Translations under genes and position numbers: made by a program
Part shown: positions 63,610 to 64,000 of the stretch, piece by piece
Layout of the letters: every line of letters begins with the position of its first letter
Numbering within the stretch: the first letter of the stretch is position 1
The notes under the pieces: generated by a model
Database searches by the model: none
Seen by the model: only the letters and a program-made list of their open reading frames with translations
What the model was told of the DNA's origin: nothing
Assembly: GCA_950097015.1 (NCBI GenBank)
Contig: CATNEN010000007.1
Location: forward strand, 9,052,001 to 9,116,000
Length of the DNA: 64,000 nucleotides
Source of the DNA: Macrostomum hystrix
Taxonomy: Eukaryota > Animalia > Platyhelminthes
Direction: 5' to 3'

Positions 63610-64000
63610 CAGAAAGCTACTTCTGGTGCGGATTTAAGAAACGTTCAAGATGATTTTAGGTTTGATAGTTTTTTTCTGATAAATTTACTTCGTGAGCCGA
63701 TTTGACAGAGACAAAGTATTTCGAGATTAACAAATTCCTCAATTATCGAGAATGATTCTGAATATGAATATTCTGAATTCTGAATATATATAATTCTGAG
63801 ATGAGGCGGAGGATTCTGGAGTCAGATGCGATCTAAAGAAAGAGACAATACGAAAACACTTTCGCTGGAAAGTGCGGTACACTTTCACAAGAACGCTTCT
63901 ATACTAACAGCACACACTAACAGCGATTGCAACTGCAAAGTATGCTAATTAATTGTAACCTTATAATTTATATATATTTATTTGATGTTTGACCACAGAT

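Overview
Eukaryotic (animal) genomic DNA with GT-AG spliceosomal introns, GC-rich coding exons and many intronic minisatellites. The style resembles the free-living flatworm Macrostomum, but this is inference only. Eleven protein-coding loci were assembled by hand: (+) Mx-like dynamin GTPase; (+) secreted S1 serine protease; (+) intronless orphan with a possible PTB/PH-like domain; (-) 76-aa single-pass membrane microprotein; (-) TSP1 + Caspr/neurexin-IV-type fibrinogen-like protein with an unresolved 5' end; (+) SF3B5; (+) alpha-arrestin; (+) tandem-DCX protein with four IQ motifs; (-) PLEKHG7-like DH-PH RhoGEF; (-) RPAIN; (-) ARL8. A twelfth locus is a (+) NPY/NPF-receptor-like GPCR. There are also two multi-copy tRNA-derived SINE families, several MITEs and about ten unrelated minisatellite arrays, which generate most of the long ORFs in the ORF track. 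Best leads: the divergent invertebrate Mx-like GTPase (altered G1/G4, greatly expanded L4-type insert), the DCX-DCX-IQx4 architecture (partly invisible to the ORF track), the TSP1-fibrinogen-like protein, and splice acceptors just upstream of start codons, suggesting SL trans-splicing or operons. All gene models are manual and lack transcript support.
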